From: Vitrella brassicaformis CCMP3155
Taxonomy: Eukaryota > Protista > Chromerida
Direction of reading: 5' to 3'
DNA length: 44,727 nt
Assembly: GCA_001179505.1 (NCBI GenBank)
Contig: CDMY01000602.1
Coordinates: 1 to 44,727 of the forward strand
The notes beneath the pieces were generated by a model that was not told the DNA's origin, made no database searches, and worked only from the letters and a program-made list of their open reading frames with translations. How positions within the stretch are numbered: position 1 is the first letter of the stretch; each line of letters starts with the position of its first letter. Below, piece by piece: positions 12,848 to 23,830 of the stretch. The translations under genes and the position numbers were made by a program.

Positions 12848-14009
12848 TTACGAGCTCATCCTGCGGGAAACGGTGTCCGGATTGCGAACAAAGTCACCCG
12901 ACACATGCCCCATAAATTTCTTCACGTTGGTGTCGACCCATGCAGAAGGCTCGATCATCTCATCCTCTTCGACGTCCCCCATGACTTCAACCGAAGGCTT
13001 CAGATCAGGCAAATTGTACAGAGACACCAATAGATTATCTCAAATTAATAAACCAGACTGACCGACTTGCACCAGCATGGACGTCAACTTGAGACCGAAG
13101 CCCGGCAGTGTCATCAGAAAAGTGGCAATGAACGACAGCGGTACGTCCTCGTCCACCATCTCCTGGATGACCTCTCAGACGATGCCGATGACAGGAAGTG
13201 TCAAGTCCCTGTCTTCGTCGCCGGCGGTCTCATAGAATGCGTCCATTTGACCTACTCCGACAATGCTCGGGTCGTTGTGCGGCTGAGGGGGCGTAAAGAA
13301 GAACTTCAAGTAGTCTGCGGTCCTGTTTTGCTGACCGCCCTGACCGCGTCACACAAGGTAAAGAGACAGAAGGAATGCGAAAGGCTGAGAGGGACAATCG
13401 GGGAATCACCACTGCAATGGTGCCGGCTATCTCGCCCCTAATCATCAGGGCCAGAACCTCCAAACTGGTCAGTTGGTCCCCCTCCTGAGCGTATTCCTCC
13501 TGACGGAAAGACACCTTCTTGCCCAACGCAAGTAAGGCATCCCACGATTGATCGTTATTGCGGTTCGCGGTCAGGAGAGAGGCCTGCAACAAGCACATGG
13601 CCAGACGCGCATTGTAAAATAAGTTTGGCGCGTGACGATTATTCTTGTTTCTCGGCAATACCACACAGGCCCAGCCAAACTTCTCGAGGGTCAACCTTTC
13701 CCACTTTATGGGCGGGTCATGTGCCAGCCGGGGGAAGAGACCGAAGGACAGGTCCGCCAGGATCTCAAGAAGATAAACCGGGCGAATCGTACTTCCGTCC
13801 TCCAACTCTATCGGCTTGCAGGCAGGGATGATGGTGTCGGTCATGTCGGTCATCAAGACACACACCACGTTGCCGTCGGCGTCGTCTTTCAGCTTCCCCC
13901 ATGTATTGCACAAACGTCCATCGGTACCAGTCCATTGGAGAGCGATCCGCGTGTCGATGGCGATGAAGGACACCTGAGAGATCACCTGGCCGCCAAGTTG
14001 ACACGTCAC
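12848..14009 (-). pseudogene. Decayed gene of unknown family (long exon plus a downstream exon with in-frame stops)
   Basis: 259-aa ORF, then DYLKFFFTPPQPHNDPSIVGVGQMDAFYETAG...IV*EVIQE...GLLI*DNLLVSLYNLPDLKP with two TGA stops. A paralogous segment is at 15240-15470. Confidence 0.5.
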
Positions 14010-14089
14010 GACTCCAGGCGCACTGCTTTGTCATAGAGAGAAACACAGATATGGATGTGCAGGATTTGCGCGTAGCAGGTGAACGTACC

Positions 14090-14578
14090 TCGCATCCTCT
14101 CCTGAATGTCGCAATCTACACACCCACCCAGTGTCAAAGCATCAAGTTGAGGTGACTTTGGTTGATGGATTTCGTCGACGTTGATCTTGGTTGGGTGAGA
14201 AAAGTGGTCGGCTAGGGAAAACTCCCACACCTCGGACGAATATTCGTTGACGTTAGACCACGTCGGCTGATGGGGCGGCTCCAGACCTCCACTGATGCAC
14301 TGATGGAGGCGCCGAAGACATAGTGGTCCTTGCATATTACAAACAGCAGGCGCTGCGTGTCCGAGACACAACACAACAGGTCGACCACAGTGGTGCCGTC
14401 GCGCCATATCCTGACGTACACACAGACAATGCTGCATCCCTCTCTCTCTCTCTGCGTGTGTTTGTCGGCTGCACACGTACCGGTAGACGGACTGCAGCTT
14501 AATGCTGTGGTCGCCCAGCAGTTCGAGGAGGCCGCAGTACTTCCGTCGTGTCAGCGACATGCCCTGCAGCACATGCAC
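14090..14578 (-). pseudogene. TLDc-domain gene remnant, frameshifted by an 8-bp duplication
   Basis: Spliced VYR|IWRDGTTVVDLLCCVSDTQRLLFVICKDHYVFGASIS. After removing one CATCAGTG copy it continues GGLEPPHQPT...VWEFSLADHFSHPTKI, resembling the TLDc pattern YRxxRDG...LxxI...FGAF...FSL. Confidence 0.6.
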
Positions 14579-15239
14579 CTGCCAACAAGACATGGCACAC
14601 ACACACACATGCATACACACGTGAGCATAGTTGCCGAAGTCAGTTGTCTGCCGGTTTGTTCCTACCGTCTGCATATGAACGGCCAGCAGGGAAGCCACGG
14701 CGTCCTTCAGGCCGTAGTTGGGGCGGACGTTTGTGTGCGCAGTCTCCTCTCTGATCAACATGATACACATACGAATGCGGGGGGAAGACGTCGAACAACC
14801 GATTAACACCCTTATGTGTGTCGCCTCGGTGTCTTAGTCTACTTGCACGCGGGCCACTTGGTACGACGACGGTTGACGGTTGTTGGGGTTATGACGGATG
14901 AGCTTCCTGACGCACTGCAGACGCACACATTTCATGCCGTTGCGACCAACACTTTTTCCAATGCCCACTCACTCACCGCCGCATATATGTGTCTGTCTCT
15001 GTCTTCGTCTGTGTGTTCGTCTGTCTGTCTGTTTATCTGAGTCTGTCTGTGTTCGTCTGTCTTCTGTCTGTCTGCTTGTTTCTCTGTCTGTCTGTCTGTG
15101 TGTATGTCTGTCTGTCTGTATGTCTGTCTGTTCCTTTGTCTGTCGTCGGTCTGGCTGTCTGTCTCACTCACCGCCGCACAGTATGAATGACCTGAGCAAA
15201 GAGAAACCGCCATATACACAGCCGTCCTGCTGACCAAGC

Positions 15240-15590
15240 TTGATCATCTCATCCTCCCCGACATCCCCCATGATGTCTGCAGCCGAAGATTTCAGATAGG
15301 CAAGACAACATAGGAATAACTAAGTAGAAAAAGACAGCAGGGAAAGACACCGATAGATTGCCTCTGATTAACAACCCAGATCGACTGACCTGCACCAGCA
15401 TGGACGACAACTTAAGACCGAAGCCTAACAGCGTCATCAGGAGGGTGACGATAGACGACAGTGGTGCGTTCTCGGCCACTTGCATAGGAACTCGTAGAGA
15501 CATGTCTCTACTGTTGTTCGGTTCCCCGTAGTGCCTGATGCGTTCTGCTCCTGAAGGCCTACTATCGATCGATGACAGAGGAGGATCCAT
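15240..15590 (-). pseudogene. Paralogous fragment of the 12848-13330 unknown gene
   Basis: PLSSIVTLLMTLLGFGLKLSSMLVQVSRSGLLIRGNL vs PLSFIATFLMTLPGFGLKLTSMLVQVGQSGLLI*DNL. IMGDVGEDEMI vs VMGDVEEDEMI. Confidence 0.6.
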
Positions 15591-15779
15591 GCCGCCACCT
15601 CCATTATCTTCAGAGGTCCCCGCGTAGAAAAACTGCTTAAAAAGGTTTATAATATCTGAGACATGAGGTGATGGAGACTCACTGGAAAGGACTCATAAAC
15701 AAAGGCCCAAGCAGACCATTTCATTTAACCTCGGACACTGTCGAGGCCTTGGGTTGCTCATGTAGAAGTCGGTGTCGAC

Positions 15780-15865
15780 AGTGAAATCAAGGTGATCCTG
15801 TAGAGTGCCTGATTTTTTGATCCACTGAGCATAGATTCACAGTCCAGAGCCACCACCTTTTTGCT
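15780..15865 (-). pseudogene. DEDDh (REX/RNase T-like) exonuclease Exo I fragment
   Basis: KKVVALDCESMLSGSKNQALYRITLI resembles VALDCEMV...LARVSLV. The frame stops at 15758 and no Exo II/III motifs were found. Confidence 0.4.
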
Positions 15866-17124
15866 CTTTGAGGGTATCGCCTTTTCCTTGAGCCCTAAAA
15901 GTACAGATGCATCGCAGCGCACTAGTACTCTGCCATTCACGTGGGTGCACACATACTTTGAAGCCGGTGTCGCTTGCGTTTCAACTGCAGGTGAAGGACG
16001 ACCATACTGTTGGGGTTCCATGGCCACTTCCTGCGCTCCCGCTTGACTTCATTAAGACATGCAGCATCTGCTCGGTCAAGCTCATCAAAGTAACGTCGAT
16101 AAGCAGCCTACCACGCATCAATCCATTCACCCAAGATATGCGTCTAATGACCGCTTTGTTTTTACCTGGATCTTGACCTCTTCTGCAGAAGGAGGGAGCG
16201 GGGAGTGGAGGAAGCTATCGAGATATTCCACCCGCTGCAAAAAGCACACACCCACCACAGACCTGGTTGGTCCGTTATGCTGTCTGTGTTACGTCATCTG
16301 CTACTATCGGCGTATCCTCCGTCGACTGCGTTTCGCCATTGGCTGGCGTTGGCGCATCTCCGGTCGAGTAGAGCTGCACGTGAGGCGCCCTTGACACGCT
16401 CTCGATGCCCCTTCTTGCCGCTTCGGCCCTGCGCACACCGCTGCAGAAGGGGGGGACAAACGTCGAGCCACCAGCATCAACGACAGCTGTGTGCAAGAAA
16501 GAAAGCTCCAGCACGAGTATAGCTCCAGCACACATACGTAAGCTAGTGCTTGCGTTCACATATCTGCAAATCCGCAATCAAATTGTCCAATCGTCTCACT
16601 TTCTCGACAGGCCGTCTATCTGTGCAGCAGGACGCCGTGCACAGCGCAGAAGAGGCGCAAATGAACTCGCCCAATGCACTCCGTCGCACCCTGGGTTGGG
16701 GCACTTGAGCATGCAGTCTGGCTGGCGCTCCTCCGGTGCAGCATCCGTTGGGCATGCGCACGCTGTGCTGGGGTGATCCACTCGCCGCCGCTGCCCATTG
16801 AAAGGCTACGTGGAACCTAGGGCCTTGGCTGGGGCTACTGTCAAATCCGCGGAGATCCTGGCCAATCGCAATGGCGGCGGAGTGCCGGCCAGAATGCCCA
16901 GCCTTTTAGGGTCTCTTTGCTGTCGGCTTTTCCTTGAAGACTCGAATGCCATCATGTACGTTGCCTGCCTTCTTGCGTGTCTGTCTGTTCAACACAGTAA
17001 GTATACACCCGCACTCACGGGAGCGAATTAATTAAGTGCACACACACAGAAGCACCCACACAGACCGTGCACACAAAACACAGACGCCACACCCAATCCA
17101 TCCATCCGCCCGGTTGTCTGACTA

Positions 17125-20100
17125 TCAGCTGTTGAGAATCCATTTGCCGACCTCCTTGGCCACGGTGACCGCGCGGGGCAAAGTCACATTCTCATGCAAC
17201 TCACCTGCACACACACACGAGAGAGATGCCACATGCTCACCATTCGACCGATGTGCATCTCTGTGTGCGGGGACCTCTGAGTATGAGTGCTGCCTCTTTG
17301 TAGCACGTCAAGGCAAGGTACTCGCTCATCTTGGCTCGAATCACGTTGGTGCGCCACAGACCATCCAACCCCTGATATGCGCATAGACACACACACACAC
17401 ACTCGTGTGCCTCACCAAAGTGTCATTGAGGAGCGCTCCCTCACCGTCAGTTTCGACACGGATTGGTCGTCTGCTTTGCTCCACCAGGTGCCGTCGATCC
17501 GCAGCCCGTCCTCATACACACCACTGACACACACAGGCAGACGAAGTACTGACTGTGGAGAGGGGGTTTGTGTGTGTGTGTAATGTCACTTACCCTTGTG
17601 TCTTGCTGGCTGCGGGCTTCAGTTCGGTCCACCACACCCATGACTGATCGATCCATCCATCCATTCCTCAGAGGACAGGTGTGTGCGCGTGTGTGTGGTG
17701 TGTGGTGTGTATGCTGCAGGAAGGCCACCAATGTAAGTACCTGTGTGGCGATGTTTCGGTTGTCCTTCAGTAGCTTGATGAATGGCGTGATGGTTGTGTC
17801 GTTCTCGTAGCGGGCCATGAAGGCCGAGAAGGCCGACTCCCACCACTCAATGGCGTCCTCAAAGGACGACACAGAGCTGCCTGCAATGAGTAGAATGGAT
17901 GCACACCAACAGACAGACACAATACACACACACATACAAGTGAGTGCGTGTGTGTCCTCACTCACTGGTCGAGTTGATGACTTTGCTGCTGACGGTCCGG
18001 AGGTCTTGGGGAATGCCGTGCACCCACGTGTTGAGCCGCATGTCAACCGCCACCCACGAGGGGTCTGACAAACGAAATAACCCACAGAAATCCACACTCA
18101 ATTCACGCCACTGCGTGTGCGCCGATTTGCTCGTGTCTGGCTCACCATAGTCTTTCTTGAGCTTTTGCAGCCTGTGTGGATACGCGCGATGCGTCAGCCA
18201 GGAATCCGATTGGTGCGTGTGCATGCACTCCTTCATTGTGCCTACTCGCTGGTCCATATTCTGAATGTGTGTGAGGGCTCGTGGCGGGGCTCCAGCGTGA
18301 AACCGTAGACGCTGAACAGCTGACACGACACGCACACACACACATGAGTAGACACACACATCAAATTTGGAATGGATGGGTGTGTCTACTCATTGATTGT
18401 AGGTAGGTACCTGTGCGTTGGATCGCGTGCCGTAGGATAGGAAGATCTCCTGGCCTTCACACATACGCACACACACAACCAGGCAGCCATGTGTCCATCC
18501 ATCCATCAATCCATCCACCCATCCAGCTGTGTGCTAGGATGGGCTGGGCTGGGGTGGGCTGGTGTCCATGAGTGAGCACCTTTGTTGACGAATTCCTTTG
18601 TGGTGATCTTTAGGCTGTCCGTCGACTCATCCCAGTTCCACTCCTGCACACACGCACACAGAGCAGGCAGACAGCCGACAGATGGCTGGAAGCGTGTGTG
18701 TGTCTGTGTGTGTGTGTGTTGATGTGATGCGCCTACTGCGTTGTGGTGGTGTCCGTGGTTCATCATGTCGGCCACCATGACCAGGGCGAACCCATGACGA
18801 GTCGAGAACGAACGAGTGGCGATGCTGCGCGCACACACCACATAGGTGTTGAAGTGCATTCTCTGTGTGTGTGTGTGTGTGTGTTTGCTCACGACATGCA
18901 TGAGGAAATGAAGGCTGTCTTGTTGAAGGCCCCGATGTCTTGCCGGTCCAGGTTGGCCACTATCTTTGTGTGATCGCGGTCGTACCAAGCCCTGCCCGTT
19001 CATCGACACACACACACAGACCCATGTGTGTGTGCGCAGCAGGTGGAAGGGATTCACTAACGCACTTGCTTCGGCTGGCCAGCTCGTATTCGGGCGAACC
19101 TTCAAGCAGCTTCAGTCGCCTCTCTGGCTGACAACACACACACGCCATGCTCACAAGCTCATCAGTTTACCAGTGCATGTGTCCATCCATCCATTTGTGT
19201 GTGTGTGTAAGCGGCCCAGCGCACCTGGAAGAATATCATGGTGTCGTATGCCTCCTCGCCTATCACTCTGGTGTAGGGGTACCAGTAGCTCTTCACGCCC
19301 TTCTGCACCTCAGCAGCTGCACACCACACACACACACACACGCACACACGACATGCAGACATGGCGGCGGTCCCATACACGATACACACACGCGTGAACG
19401 CACTGTGAGTACTCAGATAGGCCCCCAAGGCAGGATGCTGTAGAGCCAACCCAGGGATGGCCTCTACTCTCCCAGGCAACTCTGACCTGACGGACGTCCA
19501 CGTGTGTGTTCATACGTGTCCGTGTGGCTGTGCGTGTGTGTCTGTCTGCGTACCTCATCTTTGCGTTTGGCAGGGTGAGGTGGTTCTTGATGGGTACCTG
19601 GATGAGCAGGGTGTTCTTCTCCAGCGACTGGGTGGTGATGACGCCACGCACCGGCCGGTCGGGGGGCGTCAGGGCGATACCTGCACACATACACACGGAT
19701 GAAGCTTGGATGGATCGATTTGCACAGGTGCGTGTGTACACGTTGGTACCATCATGGACGAAGCTGTCACGCTGCCGCACCTGCAGACGAGAAAGGGGGA
19801 CCAACTCAATGATTGGTTGCGAGTGTCTGTCTGCCTGTATGACAGACATACCCATTTCTTCATGGCTTCCCACTCTTTGTACACATCGAGCGGCCCATCC
19901 TTCGGCCTGACACAGGCACAAACACACACAGGCAGACACACAGGCGTCCGCACACACGCGTGACATCTGATTGCTGTTCTGTGCCGGTGCACAGCTGCAC
20001 GTTACCTGACGTCAAAGTAGGTCTCCCAGAAGTCCCTCGGACCCCATTGCACGCACGCCACTGCTATGGCGAGAGATGGCACGGCGATGGAGAGCACCAC

Positions 20101-20217
20101 AACGCCCAGATTGGACGTGCTGCCGCTGCTGCTGGCGCTGCGTGTCGGTGGTGAAGTGGCAGCTGCAGATGCGCTGCCGCTTTCTTTCGCCGCCTTCTTC
20201 CTTGGCTGGCCATTCAT
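17125..20217 (-). CDS. SET-domain lysine methyltransferase (Rubisco LSMT/SETD3-6 class) with N-terminal hydrophobic anchor, multi-exon
   Basis: Exons GIALTPPDRPVRGVITTQSLEKNTLLIQVP; AAEVQKGVKSYWYPYTRVI; FALVMVADMMNH; GQEIFLSYGTRSNAQ|LFSVYGF. Last exon ends WILNS* at 17125. Confidence 0.8.
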
Positions 20218-20708
20218 TCTCCCGTTTCCTCACACGCGGCAGGGATTCGAAGGGTCACAGGGTTTCATACCCTTTAGCCCCACGAAAGGCCCAGTTTTTG
20301 TCCGCCTTCTCGGATAGCTGTGCGATGAGAGAGTGCCGCACTCGGCCGACAAACGGGCGAGAAGAGTCAATCGAGTCAGTCATCCCTCTCGGCTGCTGTG
20401 GTGAGATGGCGAGCCATTGAGCTGACAGCTAAACAGAGGTGAGGGAGGCCGACCACTCACTGACTGACTCACTGATGCGCTCACTGATCCATTGGCCTCA
20501 ATGCGCTCGCCGTCCTCTTCTGTTGGCATCTCTCTCTCTCTCTCTCTGTCGGCCCATCGCTGCAGGCGTGTCGTTGAGGAGTGATGGCGGCCTCCTCATC
20601 TGCCAGTGGTGGTGGTGGTGGTGGTGGTGCATTCAGTTCTCTGCCTGCTGATCTGTCCGTCTGATCATCGAACGAGGTGAGCAACACACAGATCAATGAG
20701 CAGCATGC

Positions 20709-22517
20709 TTGATGCACACAATCCTCTGTCGGCTCTGTCGCTCTGTGCAGGCTGTCGTGGAGCACATCATAGCCACCCAGATGCAGCAACCGCAGCATCA
20801 GCAGCAGGACCCCTTCTCGTATATCTTCGTCGGCCGCCGCACCTTCTACCTCTTCAGCAGCATCAAGGACATCCTGCGGCTGAGGGCCACCTGCACGTGG
20901 ATCAGAGAGCTCTTCAACGCGGCCCAGCTGAGAGATCGGCTCCACCACTCGCTGGGCTCACAGGCGGGGCTGAACAGCTTTGAGAGAGTGGCCGACAAGA
21001 GGGCGAGAGAAATCACTCGAGTCAGTCATCCCTCTCGGCTGCTGCGGTGAGATGGCGGGCCATTGAGCTGACANNNNNNNNNNNNNNNNNNNNNNNNNNN
21101 NNNNNNNNNNNNNNNNNNNNNNNNNNNNNNNNNNNNNNNNNNNNNNNNNNNNNNNNNNNNNNNNNNNNNNNNNNNNNNNNNNNNNNNNNNNNNNNNNNNN
21201 NNNNNNNNNNNNNNNNNNNNNNNNNNNNNNNNNNNNNNNNNNNNNNNNNNNNNNNNNNNNNNNNNNNNNNNNNNNNNNNNNNNNNNNNNNNNNNNNNNNN
21301 NNNNNNNNNNNNNNNNNNNNNNNNNNNNNNNNNNNNNNNNNNNNNNNNNNNNNNNNNNNNNNNNNNNNNNNNNGGGCAGCAAGTGCAGTTGCTGCGGTTC
21401 GACGACGACCAGTTCGGCACACACGATCTGCTGGCGGCTGTGTGTGTGGTGGAGGAGGGGGGTTGGGACGAGATGGCCGAGGTGATTGAGCTGGCGGGGC
21501 AGTGCGGCTGCTGTGACCTGCCTGTCATCCTCACAGCCGATGACATCAACACACACACAAACAAAACGGTGAGCCAGCAAACAGAGGGGCGGGGAGGGGA
21601 GGCAGAGGGCCTGATTCTCTCTGTCTGTCTCTCTGTCTGTGTGTGTGGTCGTGTGTGTAGGCGTATGTGTCGGCTCCCCGTGTGTTGGCGCAGCTCAAGA
21701 TGGTCGGCCGCCACGTCCACTTCAGTGACGACAGCTGCCTGCAGCTGTTTCAACACGGCAATGGTGAGGTGAGGGCCATCAGAGACGAGCCCGACTTCCG
21801 TCTTGAGGTCGACCCGCCCCTCCTCGCCGGCCACCTGTATCGGCAGCACCGACAGCCACACGACCCACCAGTGCGTGAGGGCATCATCTACTCGACCGCC
21901 AACGCCGGATGGGTGTCGGCTGCTTATGGCCTGTACACCCATGCGTCAGTGTCGTCGTTTGCCAAGTTCATAGTCCTCGACCACTTCCGCGAGACTCACC
22001 AGACCAACCGCACATCGATCACACTCAACAGGTGACAACACACCGATGGCACCAGTGGCAAGAGAGGAAAGCCGTTGGTTGTGTGTGTGGTTGGTTCAGG
22101 TATGTTGGTGGCGACCGTCTGGATGACCTGCTGACCGAGTCGCCCCACACACCGGTGGCCGGCTGTACGACCACAGTCAGCTGCGGCGGTGACCGATGGC
22201 TGGTGCTAACCGACAGCAACCACAACTTCGTCGCACGGATTCAGATCCAGCAAGCAGGAAACAACGACGGTTAGAGTGGCAGATTGTTAATGGCCAGATG
22301 TCACGCATTCTTCTTTGCCTTGTGTGCAGTGGATGTGCGTGTCGTGACTACTGAGGCGGCTGTGTGTAGGAGTGGCGCCTTCAAGCACCGCTTCCCGGTG
22401 ACCACTCAGCTGGCTCGCGTGGCGTTGGGGGCGGTGGCGCCATACGTCTTCGACGGACAAGTATACCAGCAGCAGCAGCAGCAGCAGGATGACGACAGCG
22501 ACGATACAATAGAATAA
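20709..22517 (+). CDS. Lineage-specific (Vitrella-type) expanded-family protein, 4 exons, spanning an assembly gap
   Basis: MMHTILCRLC...GQQVQLLRFDDDQFG...NKT|AYVSAPRVLAQLKMVG...TLNR|YVGGDRLDDLL...|VDVRVVTTE...RFPVTTQLARVALGAVAPYVFDGQV, with in-phase GT-AG joins. Confidence 0.65.
21074..21373. other. Assembly gap (300 N)
   Basis: Run of N seen directly. Confidence 1.
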
Positions 22518-23639
22518 GGACACACACATGGATGGATGGATGGATGGATGACGTGCCTTCTCTCTCTCTGTGTGTGAGTGGTCAGCAGATGCCGACGATG
22601 GTGACGATGAGAGCGGCGATATGAATGACGGCAGCGGAGAGGGCGACGGGGGTACACAGTCACACACAGCAAAGAGGTCCTCACGTCGACCTGCATCACA
22701 TGCATGTGTGTGTGTGTCCTGTGCCTTCGACAGGTGACGATGGCGCAGCTGAGGCGGAGAGCGGCGACTGATCGATCCATCAGTCAACACTGGTGGGTGA
22801 GCAGCGATGCACATCCTCTGTTATGCGGCTGAATGTCATCCTGATTGGTGTGTGTGCGTCTGTCATCAGGAGGGTATCTCTTGGGTGCCGGCTGTCGTCA
22901 TCTCTGTAGCCAATCCGTTTGTGGGCAAAACGAATCGCATACCGATCACTTTGTTGACAGACAGACCAGCTGCTGATGGGTGACTGAATGGCTGGCTTGG
23001 CTCTGATGCATGCATCAGTTCAGGGGGTCTATGGCTTGGCCTTTTTGCCCGTGCGTCTCTCTTCCCTGCGTGTAGCCCTCTCTCCCTCCCTCTCCCTCTC
23101 TGTATGTCTGTCTGTAGGAAGAGATATCTGCCCGTCCTCATGGCTGGCTGCCTGTGGGTGTGAGTGGGTGTGGGTGTGGGGGCGGTCATCCTGTCTGCCG
23201 GCCGATTTGGTGTGATGCTCCGGCCGATGTGCGACTGTGTGTGGCTGCCTGGCTGACTCACTCGCCAATGCCGTCTCTCTCTCGATGGCTGTGTGGTGGA
23301 GTTTGTCTGCCTATGTGTGTGAGTGAACTGACATTTGCCTGACCGGCAGCACCTTTCCCTTAATTCTGTGTCTCACACACTCATTCATTGCAATGAAGTC
23401 AGTCACTCGTGCGATTGTGTCTGAGCTGTGGGCGGGCGGACACCTATGGCCAGACCACACACATATCAACGAAAATGAAAAGTACAGAAAAGTACAGGCA
23501 GGTGAACAGCAACCCAGCGGTCCATTCCATCCCATCCCATCCCATCCCATCGCCTCCCCTCCCCTCATCTCATCTCATGGTGGACCCAGCCTCGGCAGTG
23601 GCCCAACGCGACCTGCGTCATGATGCTCCACTGCAACAA

Positions 23640-23830
23640 TTACGAGCGGGTCTCTCTCCTGACATCATGCAGCTTCCCCACCCCGCCATCAGCCGCGTGT
23701 GCATTTACCAAATACTCTTGCCCCGTGGCTCCTCCTGCTGCATTTGTGCACCAGCGTCTCTCCTTGTGTCCATTGACCAGCCTCGTTGCACCAGCACGTC
23801 CATGGCAATGAGGTTGAAGTAGCGGCCACT
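23640..23830 (-). pseudogene. C-terminal fragment of the PD-(D/E)XK-like family
   Basis: GRYFNLIAMDVLVQRG, then -1 shift, VNGHKERR...EYLVNAHAADGGVGKLH. Matches DRYFNLIAMEAPVHRGVVNGHGERR...EYLIDTHADDGGVGRLH of 33253-34536. Confidence 0.75.

Noticed and set aside
13040-13190. Idea of genome-wide UGA recoding from several in-frame TGAs
   Set aside because: Intact genes here (eEF2, SET, TMX, USO1) terminate at TGA. One interrupting TGA aligns to Arg in the paralog, consistent with ordinary decay.
14690-15230. Possible U-box pieces (SGHSYCAA; TNVRPNYGLKDAV) upstream of TLDc
   Set aside because: Similarity is only a few residues, in unresolved frames, and overlaps another remnant.
20259-20280. 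Telomere-like CCCTTTAG / AGGGTTT
   Set aside because: No tandem array; better explained as the terminal hairpin.
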